A DNA stretch of 64,000 nt from an uncultured Rhizobiaceae group bacterium (lineage in GTDB: Bacteria > Pseudomonadota > Alphaproteobacteria > Rhizobiales > Rhizobiaceae). Shown here in pieces: positions 21,793-30,990 of the stretch; the first letter of the stretch is position 1, and every line of letters starts with the position of its first letter. The stretch spans positions 246,235-310,234 of the forward strand of contig CALSMI010000011.1 of assembly GCA_943787415.1 (NCBI GenBank), written 5' to 3'. A program made the position numbers and the translations under genes. Below the pieces are notes generated by a model. It did no database searches. It was not told the origin of the DNA and saw only the letters and a program-made list of their open reading frames with translations.

Positions 21793-23393
21793 CCCCAATT
21801 ATTCATCATGTCGGTTGAATTGGTTGGCGGGCATGGATCAAGCTGTTGGAATAGCGTATGATTTTGGTGTTTGAACAACATCATTCGCCATCAACGGAAG
21901 GTCCGGCCCGCCATGCAAGAAGATACTCATTTTCTTCCTGGTTTGTCACCCGTTGGGCCTGTGGAAATCCACGCCCGCTTTGATGGGGGCGCCCTGTCTT
22001 CCGATGGTGGTGTTTTGATACTGCGCGAGATTGAACGAAGGTTGAAATTCGCGGACATTCTTGCGTCCTGCCTTCATGACACCCGTGATGCGGGGCGGAC
22101 TGTCCATGCTTACGCCACGATGATCCGCTCGCGCATGCTGGCGATTTGCTGTGGCTATGAAGACTGCGACGATCTCGATGAATTGCGCCATGATCCGGCT
22201 TTCAAGCTGGCCTGCGAGCAGCTGCCGGACACTGGCAATCCGCTTGCTTCCCAGCCGACGCTTTCAAGGCTCGAGAACACGCCGTCCTGGCGGGAACTGG
22301 CACGCATGGGACTGGCCCTGATTGATCTGTTCTGTGACAGTTTTAACGCCGTTCCCGGTCATATTGTTCTGGACATTGATGACACCACCGACCGGACATA
22401 TGGCGATCAGCAACTCTGCCTGTTCAACACCCATGCCGGGGGCTATTGTTTCCAGCCGATCCACATTTACGATGCCGCGACAGGCAAGCCGGTTTGTTTT
22501 GTACTTCGACCTGGCAAGCGGCCCTCGGGGGAAGAGGCCGCGCAAATTTTACGCCACGTCATCGCCCGTATTCGTCGTAACTGGCCCCGTGTTGTCATCA
22601 CCGTACGTGGAGACGGGCACTATGGAACGCCTGAGGTCATGGATTACCTTGAGAATACCGGTTGCGGTTACATTCTTGGCCTCCCCGGCAATGCCCGTCT
22701 CAAGCGGATGAGCCATGCATGGTGTGAGGATGTCGCCGTGCGCCGGGCAGGATCAGGCAAGGACAAAATCCGCCGCTTTTTCCAGACCGGTTACAGGGCT
22801 GGCAGTTGGTCGAAGCAACGCAAGGTGATCGCCCGCGTTGAGGCGACCCATCAGGGCAGCGATATCCGCTTCATCGTCACCAATCTGGCTGGAAGGGCCA
22901 AACATCTTTACGAGAAGGTCTACTGCGCCCGCGGCAAAATGGAAAACCTGATCAAGGAACACAAGCTCTATACCAAATCCGACCGAACCTCCTGTCACCG
23001 CTGGCAGGCCAACCAGTTCCGGTTGTTTTTGCATACTGGCGCCTACTGGTTGCTGCTGTTATTGCGCAGGGCTACCCCAAAACGATCGCAATTCCGAGCC
23101 GCCACTTTCGAGACCATCCGACGAACATTCCTGAAAATTGCGGTGCGTGTAGAGCAGTTGAAATCAAGGATCAAGATTGCTTTTCCAACAGCCTGCCCAC
23201 AGCGCAGAATGCTTGTCATGTTGATGGGCCGCATCAAAGCGCAAAGCCCGTGACCAACGCGGCATTAGCCGCCGCCCGAACCCCAAATACAACCCTCAAC
23301 GCGTAATCAAAGTTCCAATCACACCACAGCCGTCAACCCGGCCGATCTCCTACGCTTGATCAAAAACCGAATAGGCTTGGTGAATAATTCGGG
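21793..23393 (+). mobile_element. IS1380-family-like insertion sequence, copy B (1601 bp) with CTAG at both flanks
   Basis: Same IRs as copy A. CTAG lies at 21789-21792 and 23394-23397. Confidence 0.75.
21871..23253 (+). CDS. DDE transposase (IS1380-family-like)
   Basis: 460 aa. It differs at one residue from the 6312-7694 copy. Confidence 0.85.
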   Translation: MNNIIRHQRKVRPAMQEDTHFLPGLSPVGPVEIHARFDGGALSSDGGVLILREIERRLKFADILASCLHDTRDAGRTVHAYATMIRSRMLAICCGYEDCDDLDELRHDPAFKLACEQLPDTGNPLASQPTLSRLENTPSWRELARMGLALIDLFCDSFNAVPGHIVLDIDDTTDRTYGDQQLCLFNTHAGGYCFQPIHIYDAATGKPVCFVLRPGKRPSGEEAAQILRHVIARIRRNWPRVVITVRGDGHYGTPEVMDYLENTGCGYILGLPGNARLKRMSHAWCEDVAVRRAGSGKDKIRRFFQTGYRAGSWSKQRKVIARVEATHQGSDIRFIVTNLAGRAKHLYEKVYCARGKMENLIKEHKLYTKSDRTSCHRWQANQFRLFLHTGAYWLLLLLRRATPKRSQFRAATFETIRRTFLKIAVRVEQLKSRIKIAFPTACPQRRMLVMLMGRIKAQSP

Positions 23394-23602
23394 CTAGACG
23401 TGCAAATCCGGCCAAAAGGCAGAAGGTTCTCAAAAATTCTGGCAAAGTCCGCTGAAGTCGCAAAAGCCAAGCCGACTATCAAAATCCGTCCGACTTTCCA
23501 CACATGGCGTAATTCCTGGGCCTCCCCATTCAGCATCCGCATAGATGTATTCTGGACAGGTAACAGGAAGTGTATTTGACTTTCCAAGGAAGGAGATTCG
23601 CT

Positions 23603-23812
23603 ATGGAATTATATGTTGGCTTGGATGTATCCCTCGAAGAAACATCGATCTGCGTGATGGATCGTACCGGTTCAATTACGGCAGAAAGTATCACTACATC
23701 AGATCCCGAAGCGGCCGGCTTACGAAGTCACGGAAGCGGACTAGTGCTGCATCGATCAAACAAAAGTCTGGTTCGCGCTGTTTTACAGTGTTGGGCCAAG
23801 AGCGGTCGCTAA
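23603..23812 (+). pseudogene. IS110-family transposase, N-terminal fragment
   Basis: MELYVGLDVSLEETSICVMDRTGSITAESITTSDPEA matches the IS110-family N-terminus (YVGIDVSK..l.vCv.D..G......f.nD..g). The reading frame decays after about 45 aa and stops at about 70 aa. No remainder of the about 340-aa protein is present. Confidence 0.65.
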
Positions 23813-23925
23813 CTCAGTTCAAAAGATAGAACTCGATTGGTACTTGGTGCGTTGCCAAACCTAAACACTGCTAAGTTTGGCAATTAGGACTCTGGAAATT
23901 GACCAAGCTGGCTGATTGAACCAAG

Positions 23926-24888
23926 CTAAACTAATCCTAACTTTTGCCTAGAAGTCTCAATAATGGCTTCGGCGCATATTTCGAACAGATCATATTGCTT
24001 GATCATGTTTTCAACCCCGATGAACTTCCGGTTTCGCACGCCAAGGTTCGACGAAAAGTGCCAAACGTTTCCCATGTTCACTTCAAGAGCATAGAGTTTT
24101 CTATCCTCAGATGACCGAAGTATATCGATGCCTTTTGAAACGCTGTCGAAAACTGCATCGACGCGGAGAGCAAAATCTTCGATTTCCTTGTCTTCATATA
24201 GCTCCCGCTTAAGCTTGCCGGAATTAGAAGCCACCTTCTCCGCCAAAACCAAATTCTGCATGGGCGCATTCACCGGCGTCAGCGCATCCTGGATTGAACG
24301 TCGGCAGCTGACAACGCGGCTTAGAAAGGTCTGCACCCTGAAATGCTCAGGCATGCCACCGGTTGGTATGTGCTGCTGCACCAGGGGAGGGGACCTTCCG
24401 ATCTTTTCATATTGGGTCGCATGCTCGTCCCGATAGCTTTCGAACTCGCTCGTCCGGATCATCGTCACCCCGCGACCAAGGCTTGCGCCTTTTTCGGTCG
24501 GTTTGATGATCAAATACTCGCCGAATTCCGCGGGATCTACCCGGGTTTTTGTTTCCAGTCTGGTAGTTTTCGGCACTCGCACGCCGGCTGCTTCCAGCTT
24601 GCTAACCTGAATCGCTTTATGAACTGATTTCGTCGTGAGACGAGGGCCCCTAAATTGCGGAAATGGATTCTGTTTGAAACCATGGAATTGCAGCATCAGC
24701 GTCGGGACCTTGGGCGGGCGAAGTCTTCTTAGCTCGGAAGCATCTTTGATATTCACCGGCTTCCAGAACATCGACCCATCTTTTGCAGCAATAGCCTTGC
24801 CAATGCTCGACAGGTCCGACGCCGATATGAACGTGGGAGAGTAGGGAGCAATGACACAATACTTGTAGCTCATTTTGCAGCTCGACAA
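23926..24888 (-). CDS. ATP-grasp-fold-like protein, function unknown
   Basis: The order of elements resembles RimK-type ATP-grasp enzymes: KLEAAGVRVPKT..., YLIIKPTEKGASLGRGV, VQQHIP...FRVQTF, GIDILRSSEDRKLYALEVN. This is recognised by eye only. Confidence 0.45.
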   Translation of the reverse strand: MSSCKMSYKYCVIAPYSPTFISASDLSSIGKAIAAKDGSMFWKPVNIKDASELRRLRPPKVPTLMLQFHGFKQNPFPQFRGPRLTTKSVHKAIQVSKLEAAGVRVPKTTRLETKTRVDPAEFGEYLIIKPTEKGASLGRGVTMIRTSEFESYRDEHATQYEKIGRSPPLVQQHIPTGGMPEHFRVQTFLSRVVSCRRSIQDALTPVNAPMQNLVLAEKVASNSGKLKRELYEDKEIEDFALRVDAVFDSVSKGIDILRSSEDRKLYALEVNMGNVWHFSSNLGVRNRKFIGVENMIKQYDLFEICAEAIIETSRQKLGLV

Positions 24889-25087
24889 TTGTACTTGATG
24901 GCCCTAGAAGGTGGTGTGATCTGATAACCCGCAAATTGTTTGCCTGCAATTGCAATCGCACTGGAAGCGCAGGTCTGAATTTTGCACCTAGATATTTGCC
25001 AATCCTTGTCCAAAATCACGCTTGGACAAGCTGAACTAGGGTTAAGTATATAAAGGTAAGTAACGCCCCGCATTTAACCAATAATGT

Positions 25088-25618
25088 CTATTTGAATAAC
25101 TGGCGTTTGCAGAAGTATTGATAGATGTTGTAGTCGTCAAAAAGATAGGATTTCAGCCCTGCGCGGCGCCCCGCTTCGACGTCAGAAGACTTGTCCCCGA
25201 TCATTACAGAGCGTTTCAAGTCCAGATTCCAGTCTCTGGCCGCCCTAATAATCATGCCTGGATTTGGTTTTCTATCTGGATGGTTTTCATGCCGATAGGT
25301 AGGCAGCACAGCCTCGGGATGAAACGGGCATTGGTAAAATGCGGCGATGAGGCCACCCCGCGAGCGGATTACCTGCTGCATATGCGCGTGAATTCTTTGA
25401 ACGTCATCTTCCGAAAAATATCCCCTGGCCACACCAGATTGATTTGTGACCACAACCACGGGGATGTCAAGTTCCTTAAGTCGCTGTAAAGTATGAAAAA
25501 TTCCAGGAACCCATTCCAGTTTTGTGATACTGTCCAGGTAACCTGAATCACGGATAATGACGCCGTCTCTGTCCAAAAAGACTGCTCGTTTCAAAGGTCT
25601 GACTGTGGGACAGGGCAA
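25088..25618 (-). CDS. gmhB: D-glycero-beta-D-manno-heptose-1,7-bisphosphate 7-phosphatase (HAD-IIIA)
   Basis: AVFLDRDGVI (DxDGT/V-type motif I), VVVTNQSGVARGYF, CPFHPE, RKPNPGM, MIGDKSSDVEAG: the GmhB/histidinol-phosphatase subfamily signature. Confidence 0.8.
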   Translation of the reverse strand: MPCPTVRPLKRAVFLDRDGVIIRDSGYLDSITKLEWVPGIFHTLQRLKELDIPVVVVTNQSGVARGYFSEDDVQRIHAHMQQVIRSRGGLIAAFYQCPFHPEAVLPTYRHENHPDRKPNPGMIIRAARDWNLDLKRSVMIGDKSSDVEAGRRAGLKSYLFDDYNIYQYFCKRQLFK

Positions 25619-25857
25619 TGTTTAATCTCAAAATCGAATCGATTATGGTTTCAATATCGATTTTGCCCGTGGAACTTGGCAGTTGCCAGTCTGAAAGAGT
25701 TGAATTTGTGGAAACCCGCTCAGAATTTGGCGGGAAGTGTGCCCTGCAGGCAACATGTGTCGAGTAATCCTGTTGCTGTCGCGGTGCTCCAGGTTGACAT
25801 GGCGGAGACTTTTAAAGATAAATAACTCGATTTTAATATATTCTTGGTGTCAGGCTC

Positions 25858-28800
25858 GTGAATTCACGTATTGGACAGTTTGCAAATCGTTTTGCCGTAG
25901 GTGTTTCGGTCATCGCTTTGGCCGCTTCACTCAGCGCAAAGAGTGCTGAAGCGCAGGTTATAATCAACGATGATCCAAATTTTGATGGTTTCAATGAAGA
26001 GACGATCGACGGCTTCATCAACAATGACCAGATCTTAAGTGGCCCGCCAGCGTTGGTTGTCAACGGCGATTTGAACGGCGATCTGATCAACAATGATGAG
26101 ATGCGTTCGTCGAGCCACGGCGTTGTTGTTAGTGGTGAAATGAACGGGGATTTGACCAACAGCGCAGGTGGTTGGATTGGTGCGTCCGATATTGGTTTGA
26201 TGTTTGACGACGTCTTCAATGGCGACTTCAACAACTTCGGTCGGATAGACAGTGGCGACTCGCATGCGGTTATGTTTTCGCAGCAGATGACCGGCGACTT
26301 CACAAATGGCGCTGATGCTGAGATTCGTGCGGGCGAGTTGGGTGTTTATTTCAGCGAAGGTTTGTATGGTGATTTTCTCAATCACGGCGAAGTATTTTCC
26401 GGCGACTCGCACGGTGTTGTCATTTGCTATGGTTTAATGGGAAATTTTACAAACACCTCCGATGCGTTGATCTGGGGCAGCGATATGGGCGTTGCCATCA
26501 GGAACATTCCGTCTTGTCTGGACGAGGATGAGGACGACGTTTGCACGACGGGCTACAGAGGCCCATTCGATGCGATGCATCCTGGATTGGCTATGTACGG
26601 CAATTTCCGAAACGACGGAATTATTCGTGGCGGTGATTCCCACGGCGTTCATATATCGGGCGGTTTGATCGGCGACTTCACCAACAGCGCCGGGGCAGAG
26701 ATCATTGGTTCCGACATGGGAGTCGAAATTCGCAGCGGAGGGTGGTCTGCCAATGAAAGCATTGCAATGGAGGGCAATTTCCTTAACCAAGGGCGGATAG
26801 AATCTGGTGATAGCCACGGCGTGGTGATCTCAGGCGGTTTGGTTGGCAACTTTACCAACGCGGCTGGGGCCAGGATTTCTGGTTCTGATATGGGCGTCAT
26901 CATCCAACTTCGGAATACCCAGTGTGAAGGAGATGAAGACGAAAACTGCGACGTTGTGCAGCGTTACGGATTGACGGGCAATTTCCTGAACGAGGGCGAA
27001 ATCATCGGTGGAGACAGCCACGGCGTCTACATAACACAAGGCCTGATGGGCGACTTCACGAATGCTGCGGGTGCACGCATAATTGGTGCGGATGCCGGTA
27101 TCATCATTCGTCGAAACCAGGAAACCCGCGTTGGCGTGATGGGTGACTTCTGGAATGCCGGCTTGATCGACTCTGGCGATTGCCATGGCGTGTATATTTC
27201 CGGAGATTTCATTGGGGACTTCACCAACGCCGCCGGTGGTCTGATTCGTGCTTCTGAAATGGGCGTCAAGTTTGATGGTTTCTTTGATGGAGATTTTCTG
27301 AACGAAGGCGAGATCGTAGGTGGCGATAGTCACGGCGTTTTCTTTGACCAGACACTGATGGGTAACTTCACCAACGCGGCAGGCGCCCGGATCTGGGGGC
27401 AGGAAAACGGCGTACAGTTCGATGCTAACCAGTGGTACAATCCAGAATCAGAGGAAGACGAAGCCGTCGACTCTCTAGCTGGCAACTTCAACAATCATGG
27501 AGAAATCTTCTCCGGCAACAGCCACGGCGTGGTTTTCAGAAGCACCGTCATGGGAAATTTCTGGAACAGTTCCACCGGCACAATAGTGGCGTTGAACCGC
27601 AACGGCGTTTTGCAGGACTATAACGGCACAGGCTGGCACGGTGATTTTACGAACGAGGGCCTGATCGAAGGCAGCCAGTTCATGACCGAAGATGGCGAAG
27701 ATTATCCCTCAATCGGTTTCGGCGTTAAACTTCGCAACCACTTCGCCGGTGATTTTACCAATGACGGCACAATCCGGGGTAAGCAGGCTGTATTCATAGG
27801 AGGCGACTTTACCGGCGACTACGTTAACAGGGGAATGTTGACGGGTGCTCACGAGGGTGGTGCGTACCTCGGCTACGACGAGGACGAGGACGAGGACATG
27901 TACGGTGTGTTCGGAGGCTTCACTACGGTCATTGGTGGGAATTTTGACGGCAACTTGACCAATACGGTCGGTCATGGCGTCCAGGTGGGGATTCCGCAGT
28001 ATAATGGCGAGGACAGCGAACTGGGATCGGCCACGATTCCGGACGGTACCGGTACGGCCGACTTCACCGGCCACACGATTGGCGTTCATGTTAACGGTAT
28101 CGTGACAAATGGTTTCAGCTGGACTGCGGTCGATGCGGAAAACCTGCTTACCGATCCGGGTTTAACGATTCAGGACAACTCCTTCCTGTTTGATTTCGAT
28201 CCGTTCCTCAATGGCACGAACGACCTGATCCTGACAGCGGACCAGGTTTCCACCATTGCAGCCGCGATTGGCGGTGCTGCCGGCAGTCTGGGGCTGGCGG
28301 CTGCTCTGGACGCTTATGTCCCGGGTACTGACCCGGATATTGATGACATCCTTGGAAATATCCATAGTCTGCCGACGGCTCCGGAAATTCAACAGGCGTT
28401 GAACGAGGCTTCTCCGGCGGGGCATGCATCGAGAAATTCCACATTCTATACTTCGACACTGTTTGACTCGCTTCTCAACCAGCGCCTCGACGGGGAAAAT
28501 GGCGGAGGCGCCTCATCATTCGGTTTGGGCCGAGGCGTTCTGGAATACTTTATCGGTGGCGACCGTAACAAGGGTTCATCCAGCACCGATGCCTATGGGC
28601 ATTCTGGAGATGCCTCCCATGATTCCGTCATGTGGCTGCAAGGAATGGGCACCTATGCCTCGGTAGATCCAAACGGTGCATTTGGCGGCGTTGATGTGTC
28701 TTCAAGTGGAGTGGCAATTGGCGTCAATACATCGATCTACGCGGGAACGCGGATCGCGGCGGCGTTTGGGTATCACTCTTCGAATGCCGACATGACAGGT

Positions 28801-29424
28801 GTCAATAGCGGAGACGGTTCTGATGCGTCCGGCTGGTTGATTTCCAGTGGGATCCATCATCAGACAAACCAAACGTATCTTTCTGGCAGCGTCTCTGCTG
28901 GTTTCCATTCCTTCGATGAGACCAGGCGAGACAACATCTTTATGAATACCTACACGGCATCTTACGACGGCTCACATTTCAACGTTAGTGGTGAGGTGGG
29001 GCACGAAATTGAAATGGGAGACAAAACACTGACTCCATTCATTGCCGGCACCTACCATCACGCGTCGTTTGATGGCTACACCGAAACTGGCGGGCCCTTG
29101 GCCCTGACGGTTGGCAGTCAGTCTTATGATGTGAGCTTTATTGATGTTGGTGCACGGGCCAAGGCTCAGGTGGGGCAGATTGATGTTGAAGGCCTGCTTG
29201 GATATCGAGTCGGATTTGGAGATGGGGACGACGCTATTTCCGCCACTCTAAACGGTACGAGCTTCAACACTGACGCAAATCTGGACGTTGATGGAGTTAT
29301 CGCCGGGATCGGAGTGTCGATTGCCAACGATAGTGGTTTCGATGCAAGTGTTAATTACAAGGGCATTTTTGGTGATGGAGTGGGCGCTCACATCCTGAGT
29401 GCAAGTGTTAAGAAACGCTTCTAA
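25858..29424 (+). CDS. type Va autotransporter with repeat-rich beta-helical passenger
   Basis: GTG start, then a signal-like N-terminus (..VIALAASLSAKSAEA|QV). There are about 9 copies of a two-rung unit of about 49 aa (GDFxNxGxIxGGDSHGVxI / LxGDFTNAAGAxIxGSDMGV). The C-terminal approx 270 aa (from approx 28627) has an alternating beta-strand pattern ending ..SASVKKRF. Confidence 0.85.
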   Translation: MNSRIGQFANRFAVGVSVIALAASLSAKSAEAQVIINDDPNFDGFNEETIDGFINNDQILSGPPALVVNGDLNGDLINNDEMRSSSHGVVVSGEMNGDLTNSAGGWIGASDIGLMFDDVFNGDFNNFGRIDSGDSHAVMFSQQMTGDFTNGADAEIRAGELGVYFSEGLYGDFLNHGEVFSGDSHGVVICYGLMGNFTNTSDALIWGSDMGVAIRNIPSCLDEDEDDVCTTGYRGPFDAMHPGLAMYGNFRNDGIIRGGDSHGVHISGGLIGDFTNSAGAEIIGSDMGVEIRSGGWSANESIAMEGNFLNQGRIESGDSHGVVISGGLVGNFTNAAGARISGSDMGVIIQLRNTQCEGDEDENCDVVQRYGLTGNFLNEGEIIGGDSHGVYITQGLMGDFTNAAGARIIGADAGIIIRRNQETRVGVMGDFWNAGLIDSGDCHGVYISGDFIGDFTNAAGGLIRASEMGVKFDGFFDGDFLNEGEIVGGDSHGVFFDQTLMGNFTNAAGARIWGQENGVQFDANQWYNPESEEDEAVDSLAGNFNNHGEIFSGNSHGVVFRSTVMGNFWNSSTGTIVALNRNGVLQDYNGTGWHGDFTNEGLIEGSQFMTEDGEDYPSIGFGVKLRNHFAGDFTNDGTIRGKQAVFIGGDFTGDYVNRGMLTGAHEGGAYLGYDEDEDEDMYGVFGGFTTVIGGNFDGNLTNTVGHGVQVGIPQYNGEDSELGSATIPDGTGTADFTGHTIGVHVNGIVTNGFSWTAVDAENLLTDPGLTIQDNSFLFDFDPFLNGTNDLILTADQVSTIAAAIGGAAGSLGLAAALDAYVPGTDPDIDDILGNIHSLPTAPEIQQALNEASPAGHASRNSTFYTSTLFDSLLNQRLDGENGGGASSFGLGRGVLEYFIGGDRNKGSSSTDAYGHSGDASHDSVMWLQGMGTYASVDPNGAFGGVDVSSSGVAIGVNTSIYAGTRIAAAFGYHSSNADMTGVNSGDGSDASGWLISSGIHHQTNQTYLSGSVSAGFHSFDETRRDNIFMNTYTASYDGSHFNVSGEVGHEIEMGDKTLTPFIAGTYHHASFDGYTETGGPLALTVGSQSYDVSFIDVGARAKAQVGQIDVEGLLGYRVGFGDGDDAISATLNGTSFNTDANLDVDGVIAGIGVSIANDSGFDASVNYKGIFGDGVGAHILSASVKKRF

Positions 29425-29496
29425 ACACTCAACTGACTGGAAAAGCTCGTAGTTTGCTGCACGAGGGTTTTGTAGCGTGCAATTGGATCTGCCTTC

Positions 29497-30990
29497 TTGA
29501 CAAATGCTCAAGATAATTTGATCGATACCTGCAAGGCGATCAGATCGTTCTTGCTTGAGAAGTCTCCAACAATTCTTGTTGTTGGGGACCTAATTCTCGA
29601 TGAATACATCCATGGAACGGTGGACCGGATATCCCCCGAGGCTCCGATTCCGGTTGTCTTCAACAATGATCGGACGATTCGCAGTGGAGGAGCGGCAAAT
29701 GTTGCCAACAATCTGCTCGCCCTGGGCGCTGATGTTCGCTTGCTGGGCGTCGTGGGAGAAGACAATTCTGGCGCAGAACTTTTAGAGTTGCTTGCCCGGC
29801 AGAAGGTGAACGTAGATGGTGTGGTCGCCACTTCTCAACGGCGCACGACGCAGAAGACGCGCATCATTGCCCAAAACCAGCAGATGCTGCGCCTGGACAC
29901 GGAGGATCGTGATCCGCTTGGGCCGCCCCAGGCGAATGAGTTGATGTCGCTGATCGAAAGTCAGGCGGCAAGCTGCGACGCCATCATTGTGTCCGATTAC
30001 AACAAGGGTGTATGCGTCGCGCCGGTGGTTGAGGCGGCGGTCAGTCTGGCAATGCGGCTTGGAATACCCCTACTCGGCGACCCCAAGGGAAATGAGGTTT
30101 TAAAGTACCGGCGCGCGACTGTTCTAACGCCGAATTTGGCAGAGGCCGAACTGATACTTGGAGAGTCAATTGACGGCACAGAGCGCGCAATTTCGGCTGC
30201 CAATGAGCTCCGGGAGAAGCTGGGTCTGGAGGCGATACTGGTGACCATGGGCGGGGCGGGCATGGTTGTGTCAGAACGCTCCACCACGACTTCAATTTCC
30301 GGACACGTCCGGGAAGTGGCAGATGTCACGGGCGCCGGGGACACGGTCATTTCGGCGCTTTGTTTGGCCATGGTGTGCGGCCAGAATCTGTCGTCGGCAA
30401 GCGAATTTGCAAATGCGGCTGCTTCTGTGGTCGTCGGAAAGCTCGGCAGCGCGTCCACAACGCTTGAGGAACTGCTGGACATCTTTGGTGAGGAGATCAA
30501 CCGAAATTCTCCAGAGGTCAAGCAGGTGGGGCAGGGGGAACTGGCGTTGCTGGTCGCCAAATATAAAGCTGATGGCGTGAGCACGGTGTTTACGAACGGG
30601 TGCTTCGACGTGCTGCATGCGGGCCACGTCGAGCTTCTGTCAAAGGCAGCCGCACTTGGGGACGTGCTCTTCGTCGGACTAAACAGCGATGACTCTGTGC
30701 GGGCTTTGAAGGGTGACGGCAGGCCAATTATGAAGGCTGAGGACCGCGTCAACATGCTGGCAGCACTGGCGGTGGTTGACCACATTGTTGTTTTCGCTTC
30801 GGCAACACCGGCTGCCTTGATTGAGACGATTACTCCAGACGTGCTGGTCAAAGGGGCAGATTATGTTGACAAGGAGGTTGTCGGCGCCGACTTTGTCACC
30901 TCGCGGGGCGGAAGGGTTGAACTCATTCCATTGAAGAAAGACAGATCGACCACGTCGATCATTGAACTAATCGGCAAGGTCAAGAAATGA
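29497..30990 (+). CDS. hldE: bifunctional D-beta-D-heptose-7-phosphate kinase / D-beta-D-heptose-1-phosphate adenylyltransferase
   Basis: The N-terminal ribokinase-like domain has VVGDLILDEYIHGTVDRISPEAPIPVV...GGAANVANN and the GAGDT motif. The C-terminal cytidylyltransferase-like domain has VFTNGCFDVLHAGH. 497 aa, with a TTG start at 29497 (uncertain). Confidence 0.9.
   Translation: MTNAQDNLIDTCKAIRSFLLEKSPTILVVGDLILDEYIHGTVDRISPEAPIPVVFNNDRTIRSGGAANVANNLLALGADVRLLGVVGEDNSGAELLELLARQKVNVDGVVATSQRRTTQKTRIIAQNQQMLRLDTEDRDPLGPPQANELMSLIESQAASCDAIIVSDYNKGVCVAPVVEAAVSLAMRLGIPLLGDPKGNEVLKYRRATVLTPNLAEAELILGESIDGTERAISAANELREKLGLEAILVTMGGAGMVVSERSTTTSISGHVREVADVTGAGDTVISALCLAMVCGQNLSSASEFANAAASVVVGKLGSASTTLEELLDIFGEEINRNSPEVKQVGQGELALLVAKYKADGVSTVFTNGCFDVLHAGHVELLSKAAALGDVLFVGLNSDDSVRALKGDGRPIMKAEDRVNMLAALAVVDHIVVFASATPAALIETITPDVLVKGADYVDKEVVGADFVTSRGGRVELIPLKKDRSTTSIIELIGKVKK

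Noticed and set aside
23360-23587. A minus-strand ORF reading into IS copy B, considered as the missing N-terminus of the HNH gene split by the IS.
   Set aside because: If CTAG is the 4-bp target duplication, as the CC IR tips suggest, removing the IS plus one CTAG joins the two parts out of frame and quickly hits a stop. They are in frame only if no duplication is assumed. The ORF also starts with TTG and has no recognisable motif.
25670-25689. A sigma-54-like TGGAAC...TTGCC string in the gmhB/autotransporter divergent intergenic region.
   Set aside because: The spacing between the GG and GC dinucleotides is two nucleotides too long in one reading and too short in the other, relative to TGGCAC-N5-TTGC.
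26000-27600. Periodic DNA repeats in the autotransporter passenger, considered as a CRISPR-like or tandem-repeat locus.
   Set aside because: The repeats are diverged at the DNA level, are in frame within one long ORF, and have no spacer/repeat regularity. They are protein-coding beta-helix repeats.
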